This document shows, piece by piece, positions 25,432-33,669 of a DNA stretch of 39,266 nt; position 1 is the first letter of the stretch; each line of letters opens with the position of its first letter. The stretch is from an uncultured Bdellovibrionales bacterium. GTDB lineage: Bacteria > Patescibacteriota > Minisyncoccia > Moranbacterales > UBA1568. The position numbers and the translations under genes were made by a program. The DNA is taken from contig CAZCTF010000001.1 of assembly GCA_964501755.1 (NCBI GenBank), forward strand, positions 1,314 through 40,579, read 5' to 3'. The notes beneath the pieces were generated by a model that saw only the letters and a program-made list of their open reading frames with translations, ran no database searches and had not been told where the DNA came from.

Positions 25432-25477
25432 GAAAGATGTTTGGGTCTGATCTTTGGCGATCGAGACCGCCACGCAA

Positions 25478-25510
25478 CAAAAAACCGCCCCAGAAGGGCG
25501 GTGTTTTTGT
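25478..25510 (-). terminator. terminator of the csp gene (bidirectional shape)
   Basis: ACCGCCC-cagaa-GGGCGGT with an A-run upstream and a T-run downstream; lies 16 nt beyond the csp stop. Confidence 0.7.
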
Positions 25511-25525
25511 TCGTGGAAGAACGCC

Positions 25526-25723
25526 TTAGGCGCGGGTCACATTGACCGCGGCCGGGCCCTTCTCACCGTCGACGACTTCGAAGCTGACGACATCGCCAAC
25601 CTTGAGCTCATCGAACGTCACGCCGGAGAGCTCCTTGGAGTGGAAGAACAGGTCCTTCGTCTCGCCTTCGCGAGCGATGAAACCGAATCCACGATCCGTG
25701 AGCGTCTTGATAGTACCAGTCAT
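25526..25723 (-). CDS. cold-shock domain protein (CspA family)
   Basis: MTGTIKTLTDRGFGFIAREGETKDLFFH ... FEVVDGEKGPAAVNV. Confidence 0.95.
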   Translation of the reverse strand: MTGTIKTLTDRGFGFIAREGETKDLFFHSKELSGVTFDELKVGDVVSFEVVDGEKGPAAVNVTRA

Positions 25724-25878
25724 AATGGTGCTGCTCTAAATTTCAATTAATCTAGAATGCGGGAAACTCGACTATATTCCTCGACTTCTATGCGCCTATA
25801 CTAACAGGTTTCCAGGGAAAAAGCAAGCTGCCAGGAACCGGGCCGGGCATGCTATGCTGAGAGCAATAAACGAACACT

Positions 25879-26232
25879 ATGCAAAAATACCAGGGAAAAT
25901 GCCATTGCGGCGCTGTGACATTCGAGGTCGAGACTGATCTTGCCTCCGTCTTGGAATGCAATTGTTCGCATTGCAGCGTGAAGAGCCTGCTCCTGGCCTT
26001 CGTTCCGGTGGCCCAGTTCCACCTCCATTCGGGCGAAGCTGACTTGACCGAGTACCGCTTCAATAAGAAGGTCATTCAGCATCTCTTCTGTCGACACTGT
26101 GGTGTCCAACCTTTTGGTCGAGGGCAAGACCCGGCGACAGGGGTGGAGACGGTAGCTATCAATATCCGGACGCTCGCAGGAGTGGATGTTTCGAAACTGA
26201 CGCTGACACCGTTCGACGGAAAAAACTGGTAA
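25879..26232 (+). CDS. GFA/CENP-V family zinc protein
   Basis: Cys pattern CHCGAV ... CNCSHC ... FCRHCG. Confidence 0.8.
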   Translation: MQKYQGKCHCGAVTFEVETDLASVLECNCSHCSVKSLLLAFVPVAQFHLHSGEADLTEYRFNKKVIQHLFCRHCGVQPFGRGQDPATGVETVAINIRTLAGVDVSKLTLTPFDGKNW

Positions 26233-26241
26233 TTGGCTCGA

Positions 26242-26862
26242 CTAGGCGATCAGCCGTTCAAGGAGAGCTTCTCGCGTATCAACGGTCCGAGCGCCAGCGT
26301 GTTCGAGGGCCTCTTTGGAGTTCAGTCCCCACGTGACGGCAACGATCGGTATTCCGGCCTCCTGACAAGCTTCGACATCGCGCACTTCGTCACCGACATA
26401 GAGAGTATCAGCCGGAGCGAGCGACTGTTCACGAAGCGTTCTTTTCAGGACTCTGGCTTTGCCAAAGAGGTTGCTATGGGCGATAAAGTCAACCGTAAGG
26501 CCGTTTGCCTCGAGAATGGTTCGGATAGTGCGTTCCTCGCTCGAAGAGACCATGCCGATCCGATACCCTCGTTCGCGGAGCGCCCTAAAGACCTCTCCTG
26601 TTCCGGGGAAAACCGGTACCTGGCTTGCGAGGGCGTGGTAGCGCGCGCGCCCGGCGCGGAGGATGAACGGGAGCAGGATAATGCGCCAACCGAGCCGATG
26701 GAGGAGAAAATCCCGCAAGTGTAGCTTCTTCAATTCGCCGGATTCGTCGGGAACGATAGGGCTATAGCCAAAACGTGGGGCGAGAGCGTTCACGATATCA
26801 AAAAAAACCGACTCGGAATCGGCAATAGTGCCGTCGAGATCGAAGATGATGGTTCGATTCAT
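26242..26862 (-). CDS. HAD-superfamily hydrolase (phosphoglycolate phosphatase-like)
   Basis: Motif I IIFDLDGTIADSE from ATG 26862; motif IV YVGDEVRDVEA. Confidence 0.85.
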   Translation of the reverse strand: MNRTIIFDLDGTIADSESVFFDIVNALAPRFGYSPIVPDESGELKKLHLRDFLLHRLGWRIILLPFILRAGRARYHALASQVPVFPGTGEVFRALRERGYRIGMVSSSEERTIRTILEANGLTVDFIAHSNLFGKARVLKRTLREQSLAPADTLYVGDEVRDVEACQEAGIPIVAVTWGLNSKEALEHAGARTVDTREALLERLIA

Positions 26863-26954
26863 GCCTTTAGGATAACATAGCAGCGATGATTGAATATATA
26901 ATGACAAGTGGCGCTAGAACAAGCGTACGGCAATTTATCAAATGGAGGGAATTT

Positions 26955-27032
26955 ATGTCGGAACTAGGTCAAGTTATTGGTTTCCAACTTCTGAGTTTGC
27001 TGGCAGCATTCCGCCAGATTTGGGTTGATTGA
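26955..27032 (+). CDS. candidate micro-ORF (25 aa, MSELGQVIGFQLLSLLAAFRQIWVD)
   Basis: GGAGGG 6 nt upstream of the ATG; hydrophobic/amphipathic peptide; its stop overlaps a palindrome. Confidence 0.25.
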   Translation: MSELGQVIGFQLLSLLAAFRQIWVD

Positions 27033-27056
27033 CATGTCAATGATCTCCGGGAGATC
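27028..27056. promoter_or_regulatory. two adjacent palindromes (operator-like)
   Basis: ATTGACATGTCAAT (27028-27041, perfect 14-mer) and GATCTCC-G-GGAGATC (27042-56), about 190 nt upstream of the secreted-protein gene. Confidence 0.35.
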
Positions 27057-27244
27057 GTACGAATATTAGCTGGCGTTTCGAACCAAAAATTCTGTTTTAT
27101 TTAAAGCAACTTGACGTGACAGAAGGATGGGAAATTTGGTTGGAGTATACTATAAGCAGCCGTAGTTCTTTACGGTATGCGAGTTGAGGAATCTCCCGCG
27201 GTCGGTGTCGCATGTAATTGTCTGTAATTCACGAAGCAAAATAT

Positions 27245-27733
27245 ATGGAAAAGATATTTTTGTTCCCAGTTCTTGCGCTTGCTTTTTTACTGGGGGGGGT
27301 AATGACCGTGAGTGCGGCAGGTGGATTTGATGAGTTCGGATATAATGATGGTGCCAGAATTTTTAATGGGACGGGGGAAAGCTGGTCATTAGCAAAGGGT
27401 CTGCCAGCAGACTATCTTGGAGATTATGCCAAGGATAAGTTGATTATGAAGTGGAATGCTGAATGGGATAGAGGGAATTCTGAAGGTTGGACGGATCTGA
27501 ATGGATACGATGCCTGGCTAAATAACGAATGGAACGGAAAAGTTCGGGGTGGTTCAGGTGAAACTGAAATTGTGAAGATAAAGTGGGTTGGTGCCGAAGT
27601 GTGTGAAGAAAAGTCTGCTGCTGATGGAGGGTATTGCATCTGGGGGCAGTTTGAGGTTTTGATGGATCATTACACCGGTCGTTATGGTGAATGGTTTGCG
27701 CACGCCAATCCGACAGGTTACGGTGCGAAATAA
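27245..27733 (+). CDS. secreted hypothetical protein (Trp/Asn/Gly-rich)
   Basis: Signal peptide MEKIFLFPVLALAFLLGGVMTVSAAGG; followed by a terminator. Confidence 0.65.
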   Translation: MEKIFLFPVLALAFLLGGVMTVSAAGGFDEFGYNDGARIFNGTGESWSLAKGLPADYLGDYAKDKLIMKWNAEWDRGNSEGWTDLNGYDAWLNNEWNGKVRGGSGETEIVKIKWVGAEVCEEKSAADGGYCIWGQFEVLMDHYTGRYGEWFAHANPTGYGAK

Positions 27734-27763
27734 GCCCTCTCGGGATTGCCGGTTTCTTGTAGA

Positions 27764-27785
27764 AACAGCTCCTACGGGAGCTGTT
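27764..27785. terminator. bidirectional terminator between convergent genes
   Basis: AACAGCTCC-tacg-GGAGCTGTT followed by TT; A-rich upstream. Confidence 0.65.
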
Positions 27786-27789
27786 TTCG

Positions 27790-28107
27790 TTACTTGAATT
27801 CGTAGAGGATAGAGCGGAAATTCACGATGCGGTCTTTGGTGCCGAGCTCGATACCCTCCTTTTTATATAGCTTCATTCGATTGGCACGGTGCCGGTCGTC
27901 GATCCAGATATGGCCGTCGGCGTAGACGATACGGTGAAAGGGGATGGATTTTTCGCCGTTGTCCCAGGCCTTCCCGAGGATGCTCGTGATGCTCTGCGAG
28001 GCCATCGGACCACCGCCAGCGGCTCGGGCGATGCGACCATAGGTCGTCACTCGACCGGAGGGTATCGAGAGTGCGAGCTTCACCACGCGTTCGCTGAAGG
28101 TTTGCAT
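27790..28107 (-). CDS. MGMT-family DNA-binding protein lacking the acceptor Cys (alkyltransferase-like, ATL)
   Basis: IPSGRVTTYGRIARAAGGGPMASQSITSIL ... IPFHRIV, where MGMT has PCHRV. Confidence 0.75.
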   Translation of the reverse strand: MQTFSERVVKLALSIPSGRVTTYGRIARAAGGGPMASQSITSILGKAWDNGEKSIPFHRIVYADGHIWIDDRHRANRMKLYKKEGIELGTKDRIVNFRSILYEFK

Positions 28108-28111
28108 AGAG

Positions 28112-28780
28112 CTAGAGTATTTTCTTGAGCGTTTCGATGAGTCCAACCCGGCTCTCCATACGAAAATCATGATCGCCATCGATACTGATCACCTGAATCT
28201 GAGGTGAGAGCAGAGCGGTTCTTTCAGCCGAGACGACATCATCCTGATTCGCGAGTACGACGATGAGTTCTGTTCTATCGGAGAGTGCATTGAAAAGCAT
28301 AACAGGATCAATTGCTTCTCGTTCTTTCCAGAATGTTGCGGGAACCAGAGTGAAGCTGCCATCACGCCGGGCGAGTCGCGAGAGACCATCAGGATCGATG
28401 ACGGACCCTGGGCGGCCGGCAAAGCGATTGAGTGACGAAGATGCGAGTTCCAGTGGCGGGGCAATTAATATGGTTCGTCGGATTCCTTCGGGCTGAGCGA
28501 GGGCAACAACAACTGAGCCAATCGAATGCGCGATGATGTCAATTGGTGTATTACCAAGTTGCGCTTTCATTCGAGCGATTTTGGCGAGGAGGATATCTTT
28601 CTGTTCGGACAAGGGGCGGACGGCGAGGGTATTCTCGGTTCGATTCGGGATATTGTAATCGAACATGACATTTTCCGCTCCAGGGAAAGCGGCCGCAATG
28701 TCGGTGAACATCCCGCGCGCGTCGCGCTCGACGCCAAACCCGTGGGAGTAGATGATGACACGCTGTGACTGGTTCGACAT
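28112..28780 (-). CDS. alpha/beta hydrolase
   Basis: VIIYSHGFG and the nucleophile elbow IIAHSIGS. Confidence 0.75.
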   Translation of the reverse strand: MSNQSQRVIIYSHGFGVERDARGMFTDIAAAFPGAENVMFDYNIPNRTENTLAVRPLSEQKDILLAKIARMKAQLGNTPIDIIAHSIGSVVVALAQPEGIRRTILIAPPLELASSSLNRFAGRPGSVIDPDGLSRLARRDGSFTLVPATFWKEREAIDPVMLFNALSDRTELIVVLANQDDVVSAERTALLSPQIQVISIDGDHDFRMESRVGLIETLKKIL

Positions 28781-28887
28781 AGAGAAATCAGGTGAGAACG
28801 TACTTTCTTACGATACCATAAGCCGGGCAGTTCAAAACCTCGGTTTCATGCTAAGGTTGGAGGTGATAATTTACAGGCTTGATAGTG

Positions 28888-30150
28888 ATGAAATACGATG
28901 TTGTGGTCATTGGGGGCGGGCCAGCTGGCATGATGGCAGCGGGGCGGGCGGCGGAGCTTGGCGCCCGAGTCTTGCTATTGGAAAAGAATCCGACACTGGG
29001 CAAGAAGCTCCTCATCACGGGTGGCGGCCGGTCCAATGTGACGAATGCCGAGTTCGATCCGCATCTCTTTCTCGCGAAATTCAAAGCAGCCGCGAAATTC
29101 CTCTACTCGCCGCTCGCGCAATTCGGGGTAGAGGATACGCTCCGATTCTTCGCCGATCACGGGATGCCGACGAAAGTCGAAGCCGAAAAGCGGGTTTTCC
29201 CCGTGAGCGATAGCGCCCAGTCGGTCTGGGATGTACTGGTCCGGTATATGCAGGCGGGCAAAGTGGTCGTGAAGACGGAGAGCGAGGTCGCTGGATTGGA
29301 GACGGCCGATGGTCGTATCATCGGCGTCAATCTGAAAAACGGCGAGCGACTCGAAGCGCATGCGTATATCCTCGCAACTGGTGGGAAATCACGCCCCGAG
29401 ACCGGATCGACCGGCGATGGTTTCCGCTGGCTTAGGAAAATCGGCCACGCGGTCAGTGAGTCCCAGCCATCACTCGTCCCGCTCCGGGTCCGGGAGACCT
29501 GGGCACACCAGCTCTCGGGTCTCAGCTTCTCCGATGCCAAACTCTCGGTCTTTCGCGATGGCAAAAAGCAGGACAGTCGGCGGGGGAAAATCCTCTTCAC
29601 CCACTTCGGTCTCTCGGGACCGCTCGCGCTCAATATGAGCCGGAGCATCAGCGAATCGCTCCCGTATGGGACCGTGACCGTCTCGGTCGACCTCCGGCCG
29701 GAAACGAATATCGGCGAGCTTGATGCCGAGCTCCGGGCGATCTTTGAGACTCAGAAGAACAAGCAATTGAAGAACAGTCTCGATGGCTTTGCGCCCGCAG
29801 CTCTGATACCTATCCTCATCCGGCTCACGGGTGTCAGTCCCGAGAAACCGGTGCACAGCGTGAGCCGGACCGAACGCCTCGCGCTGGTGCGGATTATGAA
29901 GGGCATCACGCTCACGGTGACGGGGCTCCTCGGTACCGACAAAGCGATCGTGACGAGTGGGGGAGTCAGCCTCGACGAAGTCGACTTCAAACACATGCGC
30001 TCGCGGCTCTACCCTAATCTCTACCTGGTTGGCGATGTGCTCGATATTGATCGTCCATCCGGCGGCTACAGCCTCCAGCTTTGTTGGACGACTGGCTTTG
30101 TTGCGGGGTCAGCCGCCGTTGAACAAAATAAAAAATCTCCAAGCAAATAG
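28888..30150 (+). CDS. HI0933/BaiN-like FAD-dependent flavoprotein
   Basis: YDVVVIGGGPAGMMAAGRAAELG Rossmann motif and LITGGGRSNVTN family motif. Confidence 0.85.
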   Translation: MKYDVVVIGGGPAGMMAAGRAAELGARVLLLEKNPTLGKKLLITGGGRSNVTNAEFDPHLFLAKFKAAAKFLYSPLAQFGVEDTLRFFADHGMPTKVEAEKRVFPVSDSAQSVWDVLVRYMQAGKVVVKTESEVAGLETADGRIIGVNLKNGERLEAHAYILATGGKSRPETGSTGDGFRWLRKIGHAVSESQPSLVPLRVRETWAHQLSGLSFSDAKLSVFRDGKKQDSRRGKILFTHFGLSGPLALNMSRSISESLPYGTVTVSVDLRPETNIGELDAELRAIFETQKNKQLKNSLDGFAPAALIPILIRLTGVSPEKPVHSVSRTERLALVRIMKGITLTVTGLLGTDKAIVTSGGVSLDEVDFKHMRSRLYPNLYLVGDVLDIDRPSGGYSLQLCWTTGFVAGSAAVEQNKKSPSK

Positions 30151-30214
30151 TAATTGGAATTTTCCAGGTGTCCCTTTCCCTTTTGAATATATTTGAAGTA
30201 GATGCTGGGTCTGC

Positions 30215-30553
30215 CTACATCTGGTCGTGCTGGAAAGTTTTTTTGAAAATCTCCTCTAGGAGAATAAGCTCAGATTTTTCCGCCGCTATAATCTCTGGCG
30301 TGGCAGTTTCATGGAGTGTCTTTTCGAGAACATCACGCATACGTAGGGCAACGGTCTCTTGGAATGTCCGTGATATTTTCAATTCAGGATTGGCATTGAA
30401 TAGCTCCCTCGCTTTGGCTGCTTGTTCAATATTGTTAAGTTTCCCTGAGTTAATCATATGTGTTAGCAGTACTTCTGGTGACACCACTTCTTTTTCTGGT
30501 GATTCGAACATATATCTATATCTATGAGCGAAGTTATTATACAGTGCCCACAT
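30215..30553 (-). CDS. hypothetical protein (start uncertain)
   Basis: ORF in the AT-richer islet downstream of the Nudix gene; no clear RBS; alternative start 30511. Confidence 0.4.
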   Translation of the reverse strand: MWALYNNFAHRYRYMFESPEKEVVSPEVLLTHMINSGKLNNIEQAAKARELFNANPELKISRTFQETVALRMRDVLEKTLHETATPEIIAAEKSELILLEEIFKKTFQHDQM

Positions 30554-30580
30554 TGTGATGCTGTGAGACGTCGCGGGAAC

Positions 30581-31057
30581 TTATTTAACGAGTGTAAGTG
30601 CTGCGGAGGCATAGCGATAGACGTCCTTGCGTAAACAATGGTCGTTTTTATGCATTTTATCTAACTCTTCTTGAGTGACCCAAACGCACTCGGCATTTTT
30701 ACTCGCTTCTTCGTGAGGGTTTATGTCGCGACTGTCCGACTTTGCCACAAAAATAAAAGAGGAGTGGTCATGGTGCTCATTGATCGAATGTCTATTCACA
30801 AAGATAGGTGGCACCAAATCTTTATTGATGTCAAAGTCTTGTTTGATCCACGCGTCTGGTCCGATCAATTCTACTTTCAAACCAACCTCTTCCCAGACTT
30901 CTCGAAGTACTGCTTGGTTGATATCTTCCCCTGGATCTATATGGCCACCCGGAGCAATCCAGAAATTATACTTCTCATGTAAACGTAAAAGTACCGCGCC
31001 ATTATTCACGATATATGCATCAGCGCAGAGATCAACATAATAATTTAAGTGAGCCAT
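30581..31057 (-). CDS. NUDIX hydrolase
   Basis: Nudix box GGHIDPGEDINQAVLREVWEEVGL. Confidence 0.85.
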   Translation of the reverse strand: MAHLNYYVDLCADAYIVNNGAVLLRLHEKYNFWIAPGGHIDPGEDINQAVLREVWEEVGLKVELIGPDAWIKQDFDINKDLVPPIFVNRHSINEHHDHSSFIFVAKSDSRDINPHEEASKNAECVWVTQEELDKMHKNDHCLRKDVYRYASAALTLVK

Positions 31058-31089
31058 ATATAGAACTGTATTAAATCGTAAAATTTATT

Positions 31090-31131
31090 TGCTGGGGAGG
31101 ATGGGATCGAACCACTCTATTCCACTCAAAG
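31090..31131 (-). pseudogene. 3' half of a second, divergent tRNA-Gln-like sequence
   Basis: Minus strand CTTTGA-GTGGAATAGAGTGG-TTCGATC-CCATC-CTCCCCA-G-CA: starts with the same anticodon-loop CTTTGA, has a T-loop, and has an acceptor 3' strand with A72/G73 as in tRNA-Gln; no 5' half. Confidence 0.5.
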
Positions 31132-31202
31132 CTCGGGGACAGGGACTCGAACCCCGATACGCACCTTCAAAGGGTGCTGTCCTACCATTAGACGATCCCC
31201 GA
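31132..31202 (-). tRNA. tRNA-Gln (anticodon UUG)
   Basis: Manual cloverleaf: acceptor TCGGGGA/TCCCCGA (U1-A72), D stem GTCT/GGAC, anticodon stem GCACC/GGTGC with loop CTTTGAA, T stem CGGGG/CCCTG with loop TTCGAGT, discriminator G; CCA not encoded. Confidence 0.9.
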
Positions 31203-31217
31203 GTTTTGAAAAGAATT

Positions 31218-31895
31218 TTAAATACTGAGACCTTTATTGATGCCCTCTACCCAACCCTTTATCTGACGATTGAGATCGGTACTTTTTTTCACATCAATCC
31301 GGAGCAGTCCGAAATACTCTGCTCGGGTATTCTTTCGGTTCGTTTTGGGAGTATGGCTCTTAAGATATATTTTGTCGATTTTTGTCTGGAGTAGATTTTC
31401 CCAGAATTGTTGAGCCTTTGTTTGGTCTGCTGTTTGATGGATATAGATACTATACGTCAGATCAGACTTTTTTCGTAAACATATTTCCTGTATCCATCGG
31501 TTGAAAAGGGCGATCATAGCTGGGTCCGAGTTGTTGAACGATACTTTCTGCGAAACATTGTGCTGTTTCTGTTTCGTTCCTTCTGCCCAGTAGAGGACTG
31601 TACCGATGAGCCAGAGCTCCCGCTGAGAAATCCTCTTGATTTCTTTGCAGGCTGCAGAAATAAGTCGTATCTCCTTTGTAATCCGTATCTTTTTCCACGT
31701 CTCTTGGGCCTTGATTTGAGCGAGTCGTCTCCTTTCTGTGAATCGTTGCTTTTGTTCTTGAGCAAGGCCGATATCCTTCAACCAAACAGAGAGCGTTGAT
31801 TTTGAAACAGACACTTTCCGTAAGATCTCAGTATAGGAGAGACCCTGCTTTCGAAGTTTGATAGCGGCTTGTTTCTCTTCTTCTTTAGCGATCAT
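31218..31895 (-). CDS. HTH-domain protein with possible LAGLIDADG-like endonuclease fold
   Basis: N-terminal resolvase-type HTH (KLRKQGLSYTEILRKVSVSKSTLSVWLKD); motif LWLIGTVLYWAEGTK resembles a degenerate LAGLIDADG helix; AT-richer than neighbours. Confidence 0.5.
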   Translation of the reverse strand: MIAKEEEKQAAIKLRKQGLSYTEILRKVSVSKSTLSVWLKDIGLAQEQKQRFTERRRLAQIKAQETWKKIRITKEIRLISAACKEIKRISQRELWLIGTVLYWAEGTKQKQHNVSQKVSFNNSDPAMIALFNRWIQEICLRKKSDLTYSIYIHQTADQTKAQQFWENLLQTKIDKIYLKSHTPKTNRKNTRAEYFGLLRIDVKKSTDLNRQIKGWVEGINKGLSI

Positions 31896-31919
31896 AAAAA
31901 CTGTAGATAGGGGCTACAG
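31896..31919 (-). terminator. hairpin plus T-run after dnaX
   Basis: Minus strand CTGTAG-cccctat-CTACAG-TTTTT directly abuts the ATG of the HTH gene. Confidence 0.5.
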
Positions 31920-31953
31920 AAATTATATCTCTAGTTCGGTTTATGTCAAAGAG

Positions 31954-33567
31954 CTAGTTGCTCTCGGTCACGAGCTGGCCGCCGAGCATGGCTATCGCTT
32001 CGTCAATGATGGCTGGTCGTTCGGCTGGCATCTCGGTGGGTGTTTCAGCTGCCTCTTTCTCGGTGACGGCTTTCCAGGGGGCACGAAACCCCAAAATCGT
32101 AACAAAAGCTTGGTCGAGCGTCACTCGATTCGCCTTTTGGTCGAGCCGTTCTTTGTGGAAAGGATACTTCACCTGGAGGAGGAGGTGTCGACCGCGAACG
32201 ATTGGGACGGTGGTCGAGAGGGCGACGCCGAGTGAGGCATTGAGCCGGAGGGCGTGGGCGACGACTGCCTGCCATTGGCGGAGCGCCAAGCCGAGATCGA
32301 CAGTGGCGTCAGACGTGGCTGCTTCCTCGACGGCGGGCTCGACCGGTACGGATTTTTTCGGGGCGACTGGAGTGGGTGTCGGCCGTTCGGGAGTGGATGC
32401 TTTTGGCTGGCTCACCGGCAGCGGCGCGGCCGGGGGAGTGGCTTTGGGTGCTGCCTGGACTGGAGCGGCCGGAACCTGATCGCCCTGGATGAGTTTCACG
32501 AGCGCGATCTCGATCGGGAGTTCGGGCAGTGGTGACACCTTGATAAGCCGGTCGGCGTCTTGGAATTGCTCCAGACACTCGACGATCTTGGCAGAGCCGA
32601 GGGTAGTGGCAAGCGTGAAGAGCTCGGCCTTCTCCTCCTTGGTCAGATCATCGATGAGTTTCTCGGCGGTCGCTTTGTCGACTGATGCAAAGAGGAGTTT
32701 GCGGCAGTACTCGAGCAGCGACAGGGTAAAGCCAGCGAGTTGGGCACCGGTGTCTTTCAGTTCGGCAACGGTCGCAAAGGCGCGCGTCAGGTCACGCGAG
32801 GCAACCGCTGTGAGGAGCGTGTGATTGGCGGCGAGAGTGGTCGTTCCGAGGAGGAGCGCGACGCGTTTGGCGTCGATCGGGGATTCTTCGAGCGTCGCGA
32901 TCTGAGTGAAGAGGATCTCGGCGTCACGCATACCGCCCTGGGCGGTGCGGGCGATGAGCGTGAGTGCCTCTTTCTCGATCTTGAGCTTCTCGGCCTTAGC
33001 GATCTTCTCGAGCTTGGCGACGATCAACTCGACAGGAAAGCGCCGGAGGTCGAGGCGGAGCGTGCGCGACAAAATGGTCTCCGGGACTTTGGCGGCATTG
33101 GTTGTGGCGAGGATGAAGAGGACATGCGTCGGCGGCTCCTCCAGAGTCTTCAGGAGGGCATTCCAGGCGCCGATCGAGAGCATGTGCGCCTCATCGATGA
33201 TATAGACCTTGTGGCTCCCCAGGACCGGGGCGCTCGTGATGGTCTCGCGGAGCTCGCGGATATTGTCGACGCCGGTATGTGAAGCGGCATCGATTTCGGT
33301 CACATCAAGCGAGCGTCCATCGGCCATGGCGACGCAGTGGGTGCATTGGCCACAGGGCTCGAAGCTTTTCCGGTCCGAACAATTGAGCGCCTTGGCGAAG
33401 AGCCGAGCTAAAGTCGTTTTGCCGGTGCCGCGCGGTCCGGTGAAGAGGTATGCGTGCGCGAGCTTGTCGGTCGTGAGGCTTTGGGTGAGGACGGTGACAG
33501 CGGTTTCTTGGCCGATGACATCCTTGAATTGGAGCGGGCGGTATTTGCGGTAAAAGGTCTCGGACAT
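31954..33567 (-). CDS. dnaX: DNA polymerase III subunit gamma/tau
   Basis: YRKYRPLQFKDVIGQE, Walker A GPRGTGKTT, zinc module CGQCTHC, Walker B KVYIIDEAHML; Pro/Ala-rich linker. Confidence 0.9.
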   Translation of the reverse strand: MSETFYRKYRPLQFKDVIGQETAVTVLTQSLTTDKLAHAYLFTGPRGTGKTTLARLFAKALNCSDRKSFEPCGQCTHCVAMADGRSLDVTEIDAASHTGVDNIRELRETITSAPVLGSHKVYIIDEAHMLSIGAWNALLKTLEEPPTHVLFILATTNAAKVPETILSRTLRLDLRRFPVELIVAKLEKIAKAEKLKIEKEALTLIARTAQGGMRDAEILFTQIATLEESPIDAKRVALLLGTTTLAANHTLLTAVASRDLTRAFATVAELKDTGAQLAGFTLSLLEYCRKLLFASVDKATAEKLIDDLTKEEKAELFTLATTLGSAKIVECLEQFQDADRLIKVSPLPELPIEIALVKLIQGDQVPAAPVQAAPKATPPAAPLPVSQPKASTPERPTPTPVAPKKSVPVEPAVEEAATSDATVDLGLALRQWQAVVAHALRLNASLGVALSTTVPIVRGRHLLLQVKYPFHKERLDQKANRVTLDQAFVTILGFRAPWKAVTEKEAAETPTEMPAERPAIIDEAIAMLGGQLVTESN

Positions 33568-33618
33568 AGGATGCGTAATAGGTGGAGCGGTGACTCCTAT
33601 TATACCGGTTCTCTTCCA

Positions 33619-33643
33619 GCAAAACAAAACCCCGCTAGCGGGG
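33619..33643 (-). terminator. Rho-independent terminator after the GtrA-like gene
   Basis: Perfect palindrome CCCCGCTAGCGGGG (33630-33643) followed on the minus strand by TTTTGTTTTG. Confidence 0.7.
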
Positions 33644-33669
33644 CGGGGCGAGTGTCGGGTAGAGAGGAT

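Noticed and set aside
25126-25473. 115-aa minus-strand ORF opposite the 80-aa gene
   Set aside because: It has no RBS. It runs through the plus-strand terminator hairpin. The plus-strand ORF has a near-perfect SD and its own terminator.
32340-32365. A-run (CCGAAAAAATCC on the coding strand) in dnaX as a possible frameshift or slippage site producing a gamma-type short product
   Set aside because: There are only six A residues, with no downstream stimulatory structure or nearby out-of-frame stop that I could see. This is pure speculation.
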